Assembly (NCBI GenBank): GCA_963700145.1
Contig: OY969474.1
Span: forward strand, 4,800,001-4,864,000
Direction of reading: 5' to 3'
Source: an uncultured Acidobacteriota bacterium
Lineage (GTDB): Bacteria > Acidobacteriota > Thermoanaerobaculia > Multivoradales > UBA5704
DNA: 64,000 nt
Position 1 is the stretch's first letter, and every line of letters starts with the position of its first letter. Positions 13,773 through 24,414 of this stretch are shown here, piece by piece. The notes beneath the pieces are model-generated. The model searched no databases. It was not told the origin of the DNA and saw nothing but the letters and a program-made list of their open reading frames with translations. The translations under genes and the position numbers were made by a program.

Positions 13773-15110
13773 CTAGAAGATCAACTGGTACTGCAGCCGG
13801 AACTCGTCGTTGGTCACCGAGCTCCCCGGGCTCTGGGTCTCTATCTGCCGGTAGTCGGCCTGGAGCTTGTGGTTGTGCTTGTTGAAGAAGTAGCCGAGCG
13901 CCAGGCCGCTCTCCTCGCGCTCGTTGTCGGCGACGTTGGCGTTGGGGTCGAGCTCGGCCAGGCGCAGGGCGACCTCGAATTTCTGCGGGATCACGAAGTA
14001 GCCCGCCTGCACGCTCCAGCCGTCGTGGTCGAAGTCCGAGACCGTGCCGGAGCGGTCGGTCGAGGCGTCGAAGAATTCGCCGAAGAGCGAGAAGCCCTTG
14101 AACTTGAACACCACGTCGCCGCCCACGATCTCGCGGTCGGCGGTGTGCGCCGGCGTCGTGCCGGCGGCGGCGACCGGGCGCTCGTTCGACTCGTACTGCC
14201 CGGCGATGGCGAAGAGCGGCGTGCCGGTCGAGTCGAAGTCCCCCTCGGAGTACTTGACGTCGCCGAAGGGCTGCCAGGTCAGCCGCGCGTTGGTCTGGTA
14301 CTTGTCGTTGTCGTTGCGGTCGACCGTGCGGCCGTTGCCATTGAAGATGCCGAAGCGCCAGTCGAGCTTGCCCCCCATCGGCGTGCCCCAGGCCTGGACG
14401 CCGATGTCGCGGCCGCGCGCGAACTCGTCGGAGACGATCGAGCGGTCCACGAACTGCTGGCTGCCCGAGGAGGTGAGCTGCTGCCGCCCGAACGGCACCT
14501 TGTACTGCCCGGCCTTGAGCTGGAAGGTCTTCCTGCCGGCGGTGAAGTCGTAGTTGATGTTGGCGTCCTGCAGCAGGTTCGTCTGCGCCGCGGTGTCGAA
14601 CTGCAGCTCGTAGGTCAGTTCCTTGGTGTAGACCCAGCCGTCGAACTTGGTGCGCATGCGGCGGATGCGGAAGGAGCCGACGTCGTCGCCCACCTCCGGC
14701 ATCTCCTGGGTGAAGCGCACCTGCAGGCGGTTCGAGATGCCGACGGTGCCGAGCTTGTGCTCGATCGTCGTCTTGCCGTCCTTCCAGCTCACGGTGAAGG
14801 CTGGCGGCACCGGCTTCGGCGTCGGCCTGTCGTAGCCCGGCAGGTCGTGCTTGAAGAAATAGAGGTCCGCGGCGGTCTCGTTTTCGGCCACCACCGTCTC
14901 GCCGTTGGGGCCGGCGCCGGGGAGGGTGATGGAGACGCCCATGTCCCCCGACTCCTCCCACAGCTTGTGGCGCTCCGGCGTGTTGAAGACGTAGATGCGG
15001 CCCTCCTTCTCGACCTCCTTGTAGAAGAGCCCGGTCACTTGGGCCCCGGCGGCCGAAGTGGCGATCGCCACCGCCAGCAGGCCCACGACGAGCTTCATGC
15101 GCTTACGCAT
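13773..15110 (-). CDS. Phosphate-selective porin (OprO/OprP-like) with an extra N-terminal domain
   Basis: Signal peptide MRKRMKLVVGLL; FRIRRMR, GQYKVPFGRQQLTSSG..QFVDRS, RDIG motifs; terminal YQLIF; divergent from pstS. Confidence 0.85.
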   Translation of the reverse strand: MRKRMKLVVGLLAVAIATSAAGAQVTGLFYKEVEKEGRIYVFNTPERHKLWEESGDMGVSITLPGAGPNGETVVAENETAADLYFFKHDLPGYDRPTPKPVPPAFTVSWKDGKTTIEHKLGTVGISNRLQVRFTQEMPEVGDDVGSFRIRRMRTKFDGWVYTKELTYELQFDTAAQTNLLQDANINYDFTAGRKTFQLKAGQYKVPFGRQQLTSSGSQQFVDRSIVSDEFARGRDIGVQAWGTPMGGKLDWRFGIFNGNGRTVDRNDNDKYQTNARLTWQPFGDVKYSEGDFDSTGTPLFAIAGQYESNERPVAAAGTTPAHTADREIVGGDVVFKFKGFSLFGEFFDASTDRSGTVSDFDHDGWSVQAGYFVIPQKFEVALRLAELDPNANVADNEREESGLALGYFFNKHNHKLQADYRQIETQSPGSSVTNDEFRLQYQLIF

Positions 15111-15183
15111 TCCAATCTCCTTTGTGCGGTCCATGGGATGGCGCGAGGTTAGGCGGCGGCCGGAGCGGCGGCGCGACGCGGGC

Positions 15184-15234
15184 GTGACAGCCGTGCGACA
15201 GCGGGTCATCGCCTGGCTGTCACGCGGCTGTCAC
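15184..15234. promoter_or_regulatory. Two divergent Pho boxes
   Basis: Plus strand CTGTCAC at 15217 and 15228 (11-bp period, facing pstS). Minus strand CTGTCGC/CTGTCAC at 15195-15201 and 15184-15190 (11-bp period, facing the porin). Confidence 0.8.
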
Positions 15235-15314
15235 GTCCCGGCTCCCGCCCCGCCGCACCGGCCGCCGACAATGGCGCCGTTCACGACCTCTCTAGAAGAA
15301 GGAGAACGAAACCC

Positions 15315-16292
15315 ATGAAGCAGATCGGCAAAGCGACGGGCCTGGCGACCGCGGCCCTCTTCGTCACCACCCTCCTCGCCGCCCAGGCGGTCAAGGTGGA
15401 CTCGAGCATCGCGGCCTACCAGAAGACCGGCGGCGTCTCCGGCAGCCTCAGCTCCGTCGGCTCCGACACGCTCAACAACCTGATGACGCTGTGGGCGGAA
15501 GGCTACCGCCGGCAGTACCCCAACGTGCGCATCCAGATCGAGGGCAAGGGCTCCTCGACGGCGCCGCCGGCGCTGATCTCCGGCACCGCCCAGCTCGGCC
15601 CGATGAGCCGCACCATGCGCTCGACCGAGATCGACGAGTTCGAGAAGAAGTACGGCTACGAGCCGATCGCGATCCGCGTCGCCGTCGACGCCCTCGCCGT
15701 CTACGTCAACAAGGACAACCCGCTCGACAAGCTCACCCTGCAGCAGGTGGACGCCATCTTCTCGAAGTCGCGGGCCTGCGGGGCCAAGAAGCCGGCGCAG
15801 AAGTGGGCGGACACGGGGCTCAGCGACGGCCGCTTCGCGCCGAAGCCGATCAGCCTCTACGGCCGCAACTCGGCCTCCGGCACCTACGGCTACTTCAAGG
15901 AGCACGCCCTCTGCAAGGGCGACTACCGCGACACGGTCAAGGAGCAGCCGGGCTCGGCCTCGGTGGTGCAGGGGGTCTCCGAGGACGTCTACGGCGTCGG
16001 CTACAGCGGCATCGGCTACCGCACCTCCGGCGTCAAGCCGGTGGCGCTGGCCGCGAAGCCCGGCGCGACCTACTACGCGGCCTCGGCCGAGGACGCGCTC
16101 TCCGGCAAGTACCCGCTGTCGCGCTACCTCTACGTCTACGTCAACAAGGCCCCCAACAAGCCGCTCGACCCGATGGTGCGCGAGTTCCTGAAGTTCGCCC
16201 TCTCGCAGGAGGGGCAGCAGACGGTGGTCAAGGACGGCTACCTGCCGATTCCCAACAAGATCGTCCAGGAGGAGCTCGGCAAGCTGCGGTAA
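15315..16292 (+). CDS. pstS: Phosphate ABC transporter substrate-binding protein
   Basis: [37 protein letters not shown]. Confidence 0.95.
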   Translation: MKQIGKATGLATAALFVTTLLAAQAVKVDSSIAAYQKTGGVSGSLSSVGSDTLNNLMTLWAEGYRRQYPNVRIQIEGKGSSTAPPALISGTAQLGPMSRTMRSTEIDEFEKKYGYEPIAIRVAVDALAVYVNKDNPLDKLTLQQVDAIFSKSRACGAKKPAQKWADTGLSDGRFAPKPISLYGRNSASGTYGYFKEHALCKGDYRDTVKEQPGSASVVQGVSEDVYGVGYSGIGYRTSGVKPVALAAKPGATYYAASAEDALSGKYPLSRYLYVYVNKAPNKPLDPMVREFLKFALSQEGQQTVVKDGYLPIPNKIVQEELGKLR

Positions 16293-16359
16293 AAACGCCC
16301 GCTACTGCCGCCGGCCGGGCGCCGCGACTCTGTTAAGCTCGCTCACCCCGACCGGCGGC

Positions 16360-18603
16360 ATGCTCGATCCAAACCACGGCGCCGTGACTCCCCCTTCGAG
16401 AGCAGCGGCGCGGCGCGGCGAGACGCCGCGCCGGCGCCTGGTCCGCGACCGCCTGGCGCGCTGGGTGGTGACCGCCGGCGGCCTTGCCATCATCGTCAGC
16501 ATCCTCGGCATCCTGGTCTTCATCCTGGCCGAGGTCTGGCCGCTCACCCGGCCCGCCGCCGTCGAGCGGGCGGGCGCGATCCGCCTGCCGGGAGGGGTCC
16601 CCCTGGCGCTCCTCGCCGATGAGCACCGCAGCCACGTCGCGGCCCTGGGCGGCGACGGTGTCGTGCGCGTCGTGCGGACGGCCGACGGCCGCGTGGTCCT
16701 GGCGCAGCCGTTCCTGACCCCGGCGGTCCGCCTGACCGCCGCCGCGGTGCCGCCGGAAGGGCGTTTCTTCGCCGCCTCCACCGCCGACGGCCGCGCGGTG
16801 CTGGCGCCGGTCGAGTTCGCGATCGAGTTCGCCGGCGATCGGCGGGTCGTCACCCCGCGGCTCGGCCAGCCGGTCGTCCTCGAGCTCGACCCGCAGCACC
16901 GCCCCCTCGGCCCCCTCGCCGCCCAGCTCGACGCCGAAGGCAACGCCGCGGCGGCGGCGGTCCTCGCCGGCGGCGGCCTCGCGCTCGTCCGCCGCACGAC
17001 CGAGGAGAACCTCCTCTCCGGCGAGACCACCGAGAGCCTCGAGCGCTTCCCCCTCGCCGCCCCCCACGCGATCACCGCCCTGGCCCTCGACCCCGACCGG
17101 CGCAACCTCTACGCCGGCACCCGCGGCGGCGAGCTGCTGCGCTGGGGGATCGCGCCGGAAGGGCCCGGCGCGGGGCGGGCGGTCTCCGCCGGCGGGGTGC
17201 CGGTCACCGCCCTGACCCTCCTCATCGGCGGCCGGTCGCTGGTCGTGGGGCAGGGGAGCGGCGCGCTCTCGGTCTGGCTGACCGTGCCGCACGGCGAGGA
17301 CGCCGTGCGCCTCGTCCGCGCCCGCGACTTCCCGGCGCACGACGCGGCGATCGTCGCCGTCGCCCCCTCGATGCGCGACAAGGGGTTCCTGGCGCTCGAC
17401 GAGGGCGGCGGCCTCGGCCTCTACCACTCGACCGCCCACCGCACCCTCTGGCGCGGGCGGTCGCCCCTGCCCGGCGGGCGGACGCTCGCCTTCGCCCCCA
17501 AGGTGGACGGCGCCTACGTCGCCGCCGCCGGCCGGCTGGCCGCGCTCGTGATCCGCAACCCGCACCCCGAGGTGACCTGGAAGTCGCTCTTCGGCAAGGT
17601 CTGGTACGAAGGCTACGAGCGGCCGGAGCTCGTCTGGCAGTCGAGCGGCGGCACCGACGACTTCGAGCCCAAGCTGTCGCTCACCCCGCTCCTCGTTGGC
17701 ACGCTCAAGGGGACCTTCTACTCGCTCCTCTTGGCCATCCCGCTCGGCGTCTTCGGGGCGATGTACGCCTCGCAGTTCATGCACCCGACCTACAAGCGCG
17801 TGCTCAAGCCGCTGATCGAGATCATGGCGGCGCTGCCGAGCGTCGTCCTCGGGTTCCTGGCCGGGCTGTGGCTGGCGCCGCGCGTCGAGCGGGCGCTGCC
17901 GGGGCTTTTCCTCATGCTCGTCGTCCTGCCGCTCGCGGTGCTCGGCGCCGGCGCCTTGTGGTGGCGGCTGCCGCGCCGGCTGCGCGGCCGCTTCCACGTC
18001 GGGGTCGAGGCCATCCTCTTCGTCTTCGTGCTGGCCGGCGCGATCTGGCTCTGCCTCGCCCTCTCCGCCCCCTTCGAGCGGCTGGCCTTCGGCGGCGACT
18101 TCCAGGGCTGGCTGCTGCGCACCACCGGCCTCCCCTACGACCAGCGCAACGCCGTCGTCGTCGGCCTGGCGATGGGCTTCGCGGTCATCCCGATCATCTT
18201 CGCCATCGCCGAGGACGCCTTCTCGAATGTGCCGCCCAACCTGGTGGCGGGGTCGCTGGCCCTCGGCGCCGACCGCTGGCAGACGGTGACCCGCGTCGTC
18301 CTGCCGACCGCGAGCCCCGGCATCTTCTCCGCCGTCATGGTCGGCTTCGGCCGCGCGGTGGGGGAGACGATGATCGTCCTCATGGCGACCGGCAACACGC
18401 CGATCATGAGCTGGAACCCGTTCAACGGCTTCCGGACGCTGTCGGCCAACATCGCGGTCGAGATCCCCGAGGCGCCGCACGGCGGCACGCTCTACCGCAC
18501 GCTGTTCCTGGCCGCGCTCCTCCTCTTCCTTCTCACCTTCGTGGTCAACACGGCGGCCGAGCTGGTGCGCCAGCGGCTGCGGGAGCGCTATGCCCAGCTC
18601 TAG
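16360..18603 (+). CDS. pstC: Phosphate ABC permease PstC, long form with a beta-propeller-like soluble domain
   Basis: WQSSGGTDDFEPKLSL, EIMAALPSVVLG, GRAVGETMIVLMATGN; operon position. Confidence 0.93.
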   Translation: MLDPNHGAVTPPSRAAARRGETPRRRLVRDRLARWVVTAGGLAIIVSILGILVFILAEVWPLTRPAAVERAGAIRLPGGVPLALLADEHRSHVAALGGDGVVRVVRTADGRVVLAQPFLTPAVRLTAAAVPPEGRFFAASTADGRAVLAPVEFAIEFAGDRRVVTPRLGQPVVLELDPQHRPLGPLAAQLDAEGNAAAAAVLAGGGLALVRRTTEENLLSGETTESLERFPLAAPHAITALALDPDRRNLYAGTRGGELLRWGIAPEGPGAGRAVSAGGVPVTALTLLIGGRSLVVGQGSGALSVWLTVPHGEDAVRLVRARDFPAHDAAIVAVAPSMRDKGFLALDEGGGLGLYHSTAHRTLWRGRSPLPGGRTLAFAPKVDGAYVAAAGRLAALVIRNPHPEVTWKSLFGKVWYEGYERPELVWQSSGGTDDFEPKLSLTPLLVGTLKGTFYSLLLAIPLGVFGAMYASQFMHPTYKRVLKPLIEIMAALPSVVLGFLAGLWLAPRVERALPGLFLMLVVLPLAVLGAGALWWRLPRRLRGRFHVGVEAILFVFVLAGAIWLCLALSAPFERLAFGGDFQGWLLRTTGLPYDQRNAVVVGLAMGFAVIPIIFAIAEDAFSNVPPNLVAGSLALGADRWQTVTRVVLPTASPGIFSAVMVGFGRAVGETMIVLMATGNTPIMSWNPFNGFRTLSANIAVEIPEAPHGGTLYRTLFLAALLLFLLTFVVNTAAELVRQRLRERYAQL

Positions 18604-20263
18604 CGGCGCGCCGAAGGCGGCCGAGCTCTTCGGCGGCTCACGCCAGCGCACCGAGCGGCTGGGGAGGTCGTTCACCTGGCTCTGCGGCGGCGCCCTGGCG
18701 CTCAACCTCCTCCTGGTCGTCGGCATCCTCGTCCTCCTGGCCCTCAACGGCCTCGGCTACTTCTGGCAGAAGGACCTGGCCGAGCTGACGCTGCGCGACG
18801 GGCGCAAGCTCCTGGGCGAGATCTGGGAGGTCGAGCGGACGCCGGCGCGGCGGGACGTGCCGGCCGTGGCGCGGCTGCGCATCAAGACCGGCAACCGCGA
18901 CGTCGACGGCCTCGACTTCGCCTGGATCGAGGACAAGGACGTCGTCCGCCAGGCCAGCCCGCCGGAGGCGGTCCTCCTCGAGCGGCTGGAGTGGGGGAAC
19001 TTCCACGGCTACTTCGTCGAGCTGCGCCACGGCGCGCGGGTCCTGGCGCGCGGCCCGCGGGCGGTGGCGCGGGCGCTGCCGCCGCTGCTGGCGCGGAAGG
19101 AAAAGGAGCGGGAGCGGCTGCGGGCCCTCGAGCGCGGGCCGATCGGCGACGTCAACCACGAGATCGAGCGCCTGCGGCTGGCGGCGCGGCGGCTGGAGCT
19201 CGAGGACCCGCCGCCGGCGGTGCGGGCGCGGCGGGCGGCGGCCATCGCCCGGGAGCTGGCGGCGCGCGAGGCCGAGTACGAGCGGCTCGCCGCCCGCCTC
19301 ACGGGGATGCGCGAGCGCCTCATGGCCGAGACCCTGGTCATGGCCACCGCCGCCGGCGAGACCAAGGACGTGCCCGTCGGCAACATCGTCGCTGCCGTCC
19401 GCCCCAACCGCCTCGGCGCCGGCGGCAAGCTCGGCCTCTACCTCTCCCGCGCCGGGCACTTCGTCACCGACGAGCCGCGCGAGTCGAACACCGAGGGGGG
19501 GATCTTCCCCGCCATCTTCGGCACCGTGATGATGGTCTTCATCATGTCCTTCGCGGTGACGCCGCTCGGCGTCCTCGCCGCGCTCTACCTGCGCGAGTAC
19601 GCCAAGCAGGGGCCGCTGGTGCGCCTGGTGCGGATCGCGGTCAACAACCTGGCGGGGGTGCCGTCGATCGTCTTCGGCGTCTTCGGCCTCGGCTTCTTCG
19701 TCTACCTCGTCGGCGGCTCGCTCGACCGCCTCTTCTACCCCGAGGCCCTCCCCACGCCGACCTTCGGCACCGGCGGCATCCTCTGGGCGAGCCTCACCCT
19801 CGCCCTCCTCACCGTGCCGGTCGTCATCGTGGCGGCCGAGGAGGGGCTGGCGGCCGTGCCGCGCATCGTCCGCGAGGGCTCGCTGGCGCTCGGCGCCACC
19901 AAGTGGGAGACGATCCGCCGCGTCGTCCTGCCGGCAGCGGCGCCCGGCATCCTGACCGGCATGATCCTGGCGATGGCGCGCGCCGCCGGCGAGGTGGCGC
20001 CGCTGATGATCGTCGGGATGGTGAAGCTCGCGCCGGCGCTGCCGATCGACGGCCGGCCGCCCTTCGTCCACCTCGAGCGCAAGTTCATGCACCTCGGCTT
20101 CCACATCTACGACGTCGGCTTCCAGAGTCCCAACGTCGAGGCCACGACGCCGCTCGTCTTCGCCACGGCGCTGCTGCTCATCCTGGTGGTGACGGCGATG
20201 AACCTCTTGGCGATCGGCCTGCGCAACCACCTGCGCCGCAAGTACGCCGGGAGCGCGGTGTGA
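18590..20263 (+). CDS. pstA: Phosphate ABC permease PstA
   Basis: [39 protein letters not shown]. Confidence 0.95.
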   Translation: MPSSSGAPKAAELFGGSRQRTERLGRSFTWLCGGALALNLLLVVGILVLLALNGLGYFWQKDLAELTLRDGRKLLGEIWEVERTPARRDVPAVARLRIKTGNRDVDGLDFAWIEDKDVVRQASPPEAVLLERLEWGNFHGYFVELRHGARVLARGPRAVARALPPLLARKEKERERLRALERGPIGDVNHEIERLRLAARRLELEDPPPAVRARRAAAIARELAAREAEYERLAARLTGMRERLMAETLVMATAAGETKDVPVGNIVAAVRPNRLGAGGKLGLYLSRAGHFVTDEPRESNTEGGIFPAIFGTVMMVFIMSFAVTPLGVLAALYLREYAKQGPLVRLVRIAVNNLAGVPSIVFGVFGLGFFVYLVGGSLDRLFYPEALPTPTFGTGGILWASLTLALLTVPVVIVAAEEGLAAVPRIVREGSLALGATKWETIRRVVLPAAAPGILTGMILAMARAAGEVAPLMIVGMVKLAPALPIDGRPPFVHLERKFMHLGFHIYDVGFQSPNVEATTPLVFATALLLILVVTAMNLLAIGLRNHLRRKYAGSAV

Positions 20264-21063
20264 CCGTGGAGAAGGCGGCGCGCGACGCCGCGCTCGACCC
20301 GGGGATCGAGAACCCGGTCCTGGAGATCGAGTCGCTCTCCCTCTGGTACGGCACCAAGCGGGCGCTCCAGGACATCACCCTCGACATCCCGGACAAGCAG
20401 ATCACCGCCTTCATCGGCCCCTCGGGGTGCGGCAAGTCGACCCTGCTGCGCTGCATCAACCGCCTCAACGACCTGATCGACGACGTCCGGATCGAAGGCG
20501 ACATCCGCTTCGGCGCGACCAGCATCTACGACCCGCGCATCGACATCAACGCCCTGCGCAAGCGGATCGGCATGGTCTTCCAGAAGTCCAACCCGTTCCC
20601 CAAGTCGATCTACGAGAACGTCGCCTACGGCAGCCGCATCCAGGGCATCAACAAGAAGCGCGAGCTCGACGAGGTGGTGGAGCGGAGCCTCCGGAGCGCG
20701 GCGCTCTGGGACGAGGTCAAGGACCGCCTCGACGACAGCGCCCTCGGCCTCTCCGGCGGCCAGCAGCAGCGCCTCTGCATCGCCCGCGCGATCGCCGTCG
20801 AGCCCGAGGTCATCCTCCTCGACGAGCCCTGCTCCGCCCTCGACCCCATCGCCACCGCCCGCATCGAGGAGCTGATGCAGGACCTGAAGAGCCAGTACAC
20901 CCTGGTCATCGTCACCCACAACATGCAGCAAGCGTCGCGGGTCTCGGACTACACCGCCTTCCTCTACCTAGGGGAGCTGATCGAGTACGGCCTGACCGAG
21001 AAGATCTTCATCAACCCGCTGAAGAAACAGACCGAGGACTACATTACTGGGCGGTTTGGGTGA
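20260..21063 (+). CDS. pstB: Phosphate ABC ATPase PstB
   Basis: GTG overlapping the pstA stop; [38 protein letters not shown]. Confidence 0.96.
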   Translation: MTVEKAARDAALDPGIENPVLEIESLSLWYGTKRALQDITLDIPDKQITAFIGPSGCGKSTLLRCINRLNDLIDDVRIEGDIRFGATSIYDPRIDINALRKRIGMVFQKSNPFPKSIYENVAYGSRIQGINKKRELDEVVERSLRSAALWDEVKDRLDDSALGLSGGQQQRLCIARAIAVEPEVILLDEPCSALDPIATARIEELMQDLKSQYTLVIVTHNMQQASRVSDYTAFLYLGELIEYGLTEKIFINPLKKQTEDYITGRFG

Positions 21064-21086
21064 GCCGCATTGCTGGTCGTCCGCGC

Positions 21087-21681
21087 CTATTGAACGTCGA
21101 TTCCCTCAGGCCGCCAGCCATCGTCGTAGCGACGCAGTAAGGCTTCCCCGGTTTTCGTTGCGAAGGCCTGACTTGTGTAGTCGTAGCCGAATTCCTTTAC
21201 CATTGCGTCCGGCTTACAGCCGGCCCAGTCTCCGAAATCCATGCGCGCTATCAAAGGTGTCCACTTCCACCGCCACTTGAATTGCGCCGCTTACCTCCAT
21301 AAACTCTCGTTGCGCGACTGGAATGAATCGTCCATTCGGTCTTTGCGGATCCTTGGTCCACTCCTTCTCAGCCGCTTTGCCGCTGGCGGTCAGCACGAGA
21401 AGGCCGTTCTCTCTGGAGAGATATCCGGCCTGCTGAGACTCAAGGCAGTCCGCGAGCTCGAAGTCGAACATCCCTGTGAGCATGTTGAGAAAGGCACCCA
21501 TTCCCTGGCGAGCGTCTGGGCCGAGAAGAATCTCGCGAGTGACAGGTGCTGTGAATTGCTCCGAGGCGGCAATCCACCGGGCAGCCTCATCACGGGAAAG
21601 GTCGTTCGATCGACACGCACCGAAGGCAATACAGACTGGAACTAGAATTGCCAGCGTTGCAGCAACCGACCGGATCTTCAT
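21087..21681 (-). pseudogene. Frameshifted lipoprotein gene
   Basis: MKIRSVAATL...FGAC lipobox. Near 21285 a coherent protein continues in another frame (QFKWRWKWTPL...LLRRYDDGWRPEGIDVQ*). Confidence 0.6.
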
Positions 21682-21749
21682 ACGTAGGGCCTCCCTCAGT
21701 TGAGAAATAGATGGAGAAGCGTGAACGGGTCGACGATCGCGCTCTCGTG

Positions 21750-22325
21750 TCACCAATCTGAGATCTGTAACTTTGTGATGTGCGCATCTGGCGAGTATCT
21801 CTGCGTTTCGCGTTTGCCTTCCTCAAGAATTCCTCCCTCGACACCCAAGCCAATTCCCTTAAGCACCTTGGTGAATTCCGCATATTGCTCAAATGTGGGC
21901 TCGGACGTGTAAATACGCTTGAGCTTCCCCAATTTCCTTTCAACGTCTCCTAACAGCATGCCGACATGCACCCCTTCTTTCGTCTTATATTTTGGACTAT
22001 GGATCATGATGGCGTCGACCTTTGCAGCGTAGTTAATAGCGTAGTCCTGACACTCACTGCTCCAGAGTGTCATGAGCACGTCCTCGTATGACGCGTTGTC
22101 ATGGATCTGAAGAAGCCATCCGGAGTCACCGCCCAAGGCATACGTTTGGTACTCGGGTTTTAATGCCTGAATCGCCTGCTTGACGGTCATTCCTGGATTT
22201 ATCCTGAGTGGCGACCCATCTGGTTCGACGACTGCGCTGAACTGCGCAGCTCCGGAGGTGGAAGACAAGACTAGAATTGTCATGAGGATCAGAACTATTC
22301 GGGCTGGCATGGTTGTTCCCTCCAT
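21750..22325 (-). CDS. Hypothetical secreted protein (low GC)
   Basis: Signal peptide; YKTKEGVHVGM motif; atypical codon usage. Confidence 0.7.
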   Translation of the reverse strand: MEGTTMPARIVLILMTILVLSSTSGAAQFSAVVEPDGSPLRINPGMTVKQAIQALKPEYQTYALGGDSGWLLQIHDNASYEDVLMTLWSSECQDYAINYAAKVDAIMIHSPKYKTKEGVHVGMLLGDVERKLGKLKRIYTSEPTFEQYAEFTKVLKGIGLGVEGGILEEGKRETQRYSPDAHITKLQISDW

Positions 22326-22364
22326 CCTTTTCGTTGTCTGGGTCTCACTGCTATGACTCCTATC

Positions 22365-22468
22365 GTCTATTCCTCAGATCGCCGAACCTCTCGCAGCCGC
22401 TGCCGCAGCTCCTCACGCGCGGCCGTGGTTAGGCCATCCTCGCCTCATCACGAAACCGGGGCAACTCC
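22365..22468 (-). mobile_element. Internally deleted IS3-family remnant
   Basis: Minus strand GGAGTTGCCCCGGTTTCGTGA resembles the IS3 end at 27065; it is followed by EDGLTTAAREELRQRLRE, compare orfA DDGLTTAEREELRRLRRE. Confidence 0.7.
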
Positions 22469-22469
22469 G

Positions 22470-22979
22470 CTAGTTCGATTTTTCATCAGCAGTGACCTCC
22501 GGCCGCAGGGCTGAAAAGGCACGATTGAGGAGAGTTCCCAGGGAAAAACCCAAAGCAAGGAAGAGAATTACTGCGCGCCTTGACCAGACGAAAAAGTAAG
22601 TGTAGAGGGCTATCGACATGAGGGCAACCAGCACAAGAACCACAAACGGGAAAGCCCTAGTGCCCTTGAGCTTATCGACGAAGCGGGAGAATCCAACGCC
22701 CGCCAATGTTCCCAAGAGAATTATGACTAGGGCGGCGAGATTGAATCCATAGTCCGGCATGGTACCGATGAGGGTGTCCCCTCGGCCGCGCCGCCAGAGA
22801 ACGAAGAGAACAAAGAGAATCAAAGCCGCCCAACGAGCGGCGTAGGCGGCCTTCTTTGCCGCCGTGGCAGCGGCCTCATCGGGTAAGTGTAAGAAGCCAT
22901 ATCCCCACAGCAGGAGTAAAACCAGCGGGACCAAGGCCCATTCGATTACTCCCGCCAGAACTGAGCCGACATCCTCCAT
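22470..22979 (-). CDS. Hypothetical membrane protein (about 5 TM)
   Basis: Hydrophobic segments; low-GC ORF. Confidence 0.7.
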   Translation of the reverse strand: MEDVGSVLAGVIEWALVPLVLLLLWGYGFLHLPDEAAATAAKKAAYAARWAALILFVLFVLWRRGRGDTLIGTMPDYGFNLAALVIILLGTLAGVGFSRFVDKLKGTRAFPFVVLVLVALMSIALYTYFFVWSRRAVILFLALGFSLGTLLNRAFSALRPEVTADEKSN

Positions 22980-23158
22980 AAGATCGCCTTCTTTCTAGTG
23001 CCAAATCGGCAACCGTAGCACTCAGGTCAACGGAATCCGCAGAGCCTCACTCGCCTCCCGCGGCTAGTTTGAAGGTGAGCTGCTGAAGCGCGTGATACGC
23101 ACAGCATTCCTCCGCTCGATTGTGAAGTTATATGCTCGTTCCGGTGCGCTGCGCTTTC

Positions 23159-23851
23159 TCATGGCAGGTTCTTGGTAGTGAACGTCAGGGTCGCTGCATC
23201 CAAGCGGACGAGGTAAGTTGCGAGAACGCGCTCTACATCACAGTCAGGCTCATCGTAGGGATTACAGGTTTCCTCCACTGTAAATAATAGTGAATCCGCG
23301 GCGTCCCAGTGTGGATCACCTTTGATGGCCCATAGCCTACCGTTCGCCGCTAAGAAATCACCCTCGGAGACTTTCTTCGACTTCAGCTCTACACCTACAA
23401 AACGCTGACCTTCATAAGTGCAAAGGGCCAGCATGTAGCGGCCCGATGGGCTCCAAAACACCCTCTGCGCAGCGGAAGACATGCCTGGTGGCTGAAGAGG
23501 AGTGGAGACAGAAGTCTTGAGGTCCAGCAAGAAGAGACGGTTCTGACCGTCGACATCTTCGGCTATAGCTCCGGCAAGCCCTCTTTCCTTCAGCAGTGAT
23601 ATTCGGAAAGTGGGCACGTCGTCAGGCCTGGAAGTGACCGCCGGATTAAACTTCTTACCTTTATAGAGAATTGTTCCGCTCTTGGAGTATGTGAATTCAC
23701 TTACGGTGTTTCCAAGTGGAAGAGCGAACTCGATCGCGACTGGAGGATCAGCTTGAGCGTCCTTGGTGGTCGATTGGCAGATGCCGCGCTGCAAAATACC
23801 GACCCAGCACAGGAGGCCCACTGCGACGACTCGGGGCAAGAGTAAGCGCAT
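23159..23851 (-). CDS. Hypothetical secreted protein with partial TolB/WD40-like blades
   Basis: GGAGG RBS, signal peptide, RLFLLDL and VFWSPSGRYM. Confidence 0.7.
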   Translation of the reverse strand: MRLLLPRVVAVGLLCWVGILQRGICQSTTKDAQADPPVAIEFALPLGNTVSEFTYSKSGTILYKGKKFNPAVTSRPDDVPTFRISLLKERGLAGAIAEDVDGQNRLFLLDLKTSVSTPLQPPGMSSAAQRVFWSPSGRYMLALCTYEGQRFVGVELKSKKVSEGDFLAANGRLWAIKGDPHWDAADSLLFTVEETCNPYDEPDCDVERVLATYLVRLDAATLTFTTKNLP

Positions 23852-24021
23852 ATCACCTCCTCATTCTACGACTCGCCGAAGGCTCGGTTGACACCAGTAT
23901 ACCAGGATGATTGGCTCTGGCGGGCCACGCCGTGTCGCCCGTGCGCGCGCGGTGGAAGCGGCGCGCAACCAGCGGCACCTCGAGTCCACAAACGATCTTG
24001 CGGCGCAGGCTGCGGGGCCGC

Positions 24022-24414
24022 CCCGTTCCCCAAGTCGATCTACGAGAACGTCGCCTACGGCAGCCGCATCAAGGGCATCAACCGCAAGCGCCCCTGGGCC
24101 TCTCCGGCGGCCAGCAGCAGCGCCTCTGCATCGCCCGCGCGATCGCCGTCGAGCCCGAGGTCATCCTCCTCGACGAGCCCTGCTCCGCCCTCGACCCCAT
24201 CGCCACCGCCCGCATCGAAGAGCTGATGCAGGACCTCAAGAGCCAGTACACCCTGGTCATCGTCACCCACAACATGCAGCAAGCGTCGCGAGTCTCGGAC
24301 TACACCGCCTTCCTCTACCTGGGGGAGCTGATCGAGTACGGCCTGACCGAGAAGACCTTCATCAACCCGCTGAAGAAACAGACCGAGGACTACATCACCG
24401 GGCGGTTCGGGTAG
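24022..24414 (+). pseudogene. pstB: Duplicated 3' part of pstB with an internal deletion
   Basis: Near-identical to 20592-21063 but 79 bp shorter; no 5' half. Confidence 0.92.

Noticed and set aside
16360-18603. Unusually long PstC as a novelty
   Set aside because: Long PstC/PstA with soluble domains is already known from Pseudomonas-type pst operons.
22381-22434. attC-like GCCGAAC...GTTAGGC suggesting an integron cassette array
   Set aside because: Better explained as an IS3 orfA relic; no internal L-box pairing, no similar sites between the other genes, and no integrase.
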